A stretch of 64,000 bases of DNA from Octopus bimaculoides (Eukaryota): contig NC_068983.1 of assembly GCF_001194135.2 (NCBI RefSeq), positions 72,861,039 to 72,925,038 on the forward strand. The letters run 5' to 3'. The notes beneath the pieces were generated by a model. The model had not been told where the DNA came from, did no database searches, and saw only the letters and a list, made by a program, of their open reading frames with translations. Each line of letters begins with the position of its first letter. The first letter of the stretch is position 1. The position numbers were made by a program, and so were the translations under genes. Shown piece after piece: positions 62,190 through 64,000 of the stretch.

Positions 62190-62849
62190 CCAAGGAACCC
62201 TACTTCCATTCTGAGTAACTATATGTTACTGTAAATACACTTATATTAAATATTTGTTAACTTGTATAACTCCACCTAGGTCCTAAGTGAACATGTCTGT
62301 TTTTAAAGGCTATCCAACTTTGATATCCTGTATTTCTTTTCAAGAATCGTGTATCTGGAGTCACATTAATGTGCCTTTGCATGTATCTGTGTGATTAAAA
62401 TGATAGGGAAATTTAGCCGCTGTTTCTAGCAAGTTGAATGACCATGTATCTTCTTTGTTGGCTAGGAAGCTCTGTTATCGCATCAAACAAAAGGCCATAA
62501 TTACCTATATGTATGTAAAAAGCCATCAAGTAACCTCAACGTTTTAATATAGTGTAGATACTAATGTCTTACAAAATGACTCAAAAGTCCCTCTTAGCAT
62601 TAATATAAACAAGTTAACAAACTAAGTCAATTGAGGTCATTTGAACTTCTTTTGTATGTATTCTGCTCTCTGTTCCACCCTCATACTTTACACCTTCTCA
62701 CTATACCCTTTACCCACCTCCATACTGCATTCATTAACCCCAACCAATTAAACTGTATTACTGTTTTATTGTGCTAGTTTTGGGACAATGAATACTCTCT
62801 CACATTTTGATGATGGTATTTCTCTAAAATATTTTTTTTTTAAATACAT

Positions 62850-63249
62850 AAATGTGTCACTTTCTAACCACATGAATTTGATTCAATCCAACTGCATGGT
62901 ATCTTAAGCAAGTGCCTTCTACTATAGCCCCTGACTGATCAAAGCTTTGTAAATAAATTTGGTAGAAAGAAGTTCATAGTATGTATGTATATTATGTAAT
63001 GTAGCACAGCACAACATAATGTAATGTGATGTGTGTTTGTGTCTCTGTCTTTACATCATGTGATAGTTGTAAGAGAGTATTGCTATCATTGATTTTTCAG
63101 TCTTCTGTAAAAATGTTTGGCTGAGGGAAAAATAACATCTTGCTTGGAAACAAGTATGGATTGGTGGCAGGAAGAGCATTTGGCCAAAGAAAATCTGCTT
63201 CTATGATTTCCATCTGATCCATACAAGCATGGAAAAGTAGATGTTAAAC
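62850..63249 (+). mobile_element. Hybrid SINE: family B head plus RTE-type tail
   Basis: B-like head and microsatellite, then ttggtggcaggaagagcat...agcatggaaaagtagatgttaaa. Confidence 0.7.
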
Positions 63250-63251
63250 TT

Positions 63252-63624
63252 TGTTGTTGTTGGCACTCCGTCGCTTACGACGTCGAGGGTTCCAGTTAAT
63301 CTGATCAACTGCACGGCCTGCTCGTGAAATTAACGTGCAAGTGGCTGAGCACTCCACAGACACATGTACCCTTAATGTAGTTCTCGGGGATATTCAGCGT
63401 GACACAGCTGACCCTTTGAATTACAGGCACAACAGAAAGTAAGAGTGAGAGAAAGTTGTGGTGGAAGAGTACACCAGGGTTCCCCACCATCCCCTGCCAG
63501 AGCCTCGTGGAGATTTAGGTGTTTTCGCTCAATAAACACTCACAACACCCGGTCTGGGAATCGAAACCGCGATCCTATGACCCCGAGTCCGCTGCCCTAA
63601 CCACTGGGCCATTGCGCCTCCACT
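63252..63624 (-). mobile_element. SINE family A, full length, young
   Basis: Reverse complement of 4472-4861; 12-bp TSD gatgttaaactt (63240-63251 / 63625-63636). Confidence 0.92.
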
Positions 63625-64000
63625 GATGTTAAACTTACATACATATACATATATATATATATATATAATTTACAAGATTCAATATGTTCTAAACATTCAA
63701 AAGGAACAGTAACTGCTTCAGTGTCACTGGTCAAGAAAAGCCTGCAAAGATCATGAACTCTTCTCCTATCTTCAAACGCAGCTTGTTATATATATATATA
63801 TATACATACACACACACACAAATATATATAAATACACAACAAAATAACAAAAAGTGTATTAAAAATATGACAAAACCATAAAAATAAAAGTTTTATAGCT
63901 CATGTAAATGCTAGAAAGACTTCTAAATCATCCTGTACATTTTCTCATTGTCTGTGTTATTTTAGTTACTGTAATTCGTCAGATCTTCTTTAGATGCAAA

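Overview
Eukaryotic, AT-rich, repeat-dense genomic DNA with several N gaps. The SINE/RTE repeat types point to an octopus genome; this is an inference. The window is almost entirely the intron-rich body of one + strand gene, a WDCP (C2orf44, WD-repeat and coiled-coil protein) orthologue. I reconstructed 13 coding exons by hand (about 598 codons). All are GT-AG and phase-compatible. The first exon is tentative and the 3' end lies beyond the window. The introns hold 5'-truncated RTE LINEs with (GAT)n tails, CR1-like LINE relics, three tRNA-derived SINE families (my labels A, B, D) that appear to swap modules, TTAA piggyBac-type MITEs, mariner and hAT-like relics, a Cys-rich transposase relic, and an 820-bp fold-back element with an 8-bp TSD that carries telomere-like repeats. 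Most ORFs in the supplied track are artefacts of N runs, microsatellites or TE remnants. I cannot confidently claim a new biological system. The best candidates for follow-up are the modular SINE/RTE system, close inverted repeat pairs that could form dsRNA in the pre-mRNA, and the fold-back element.
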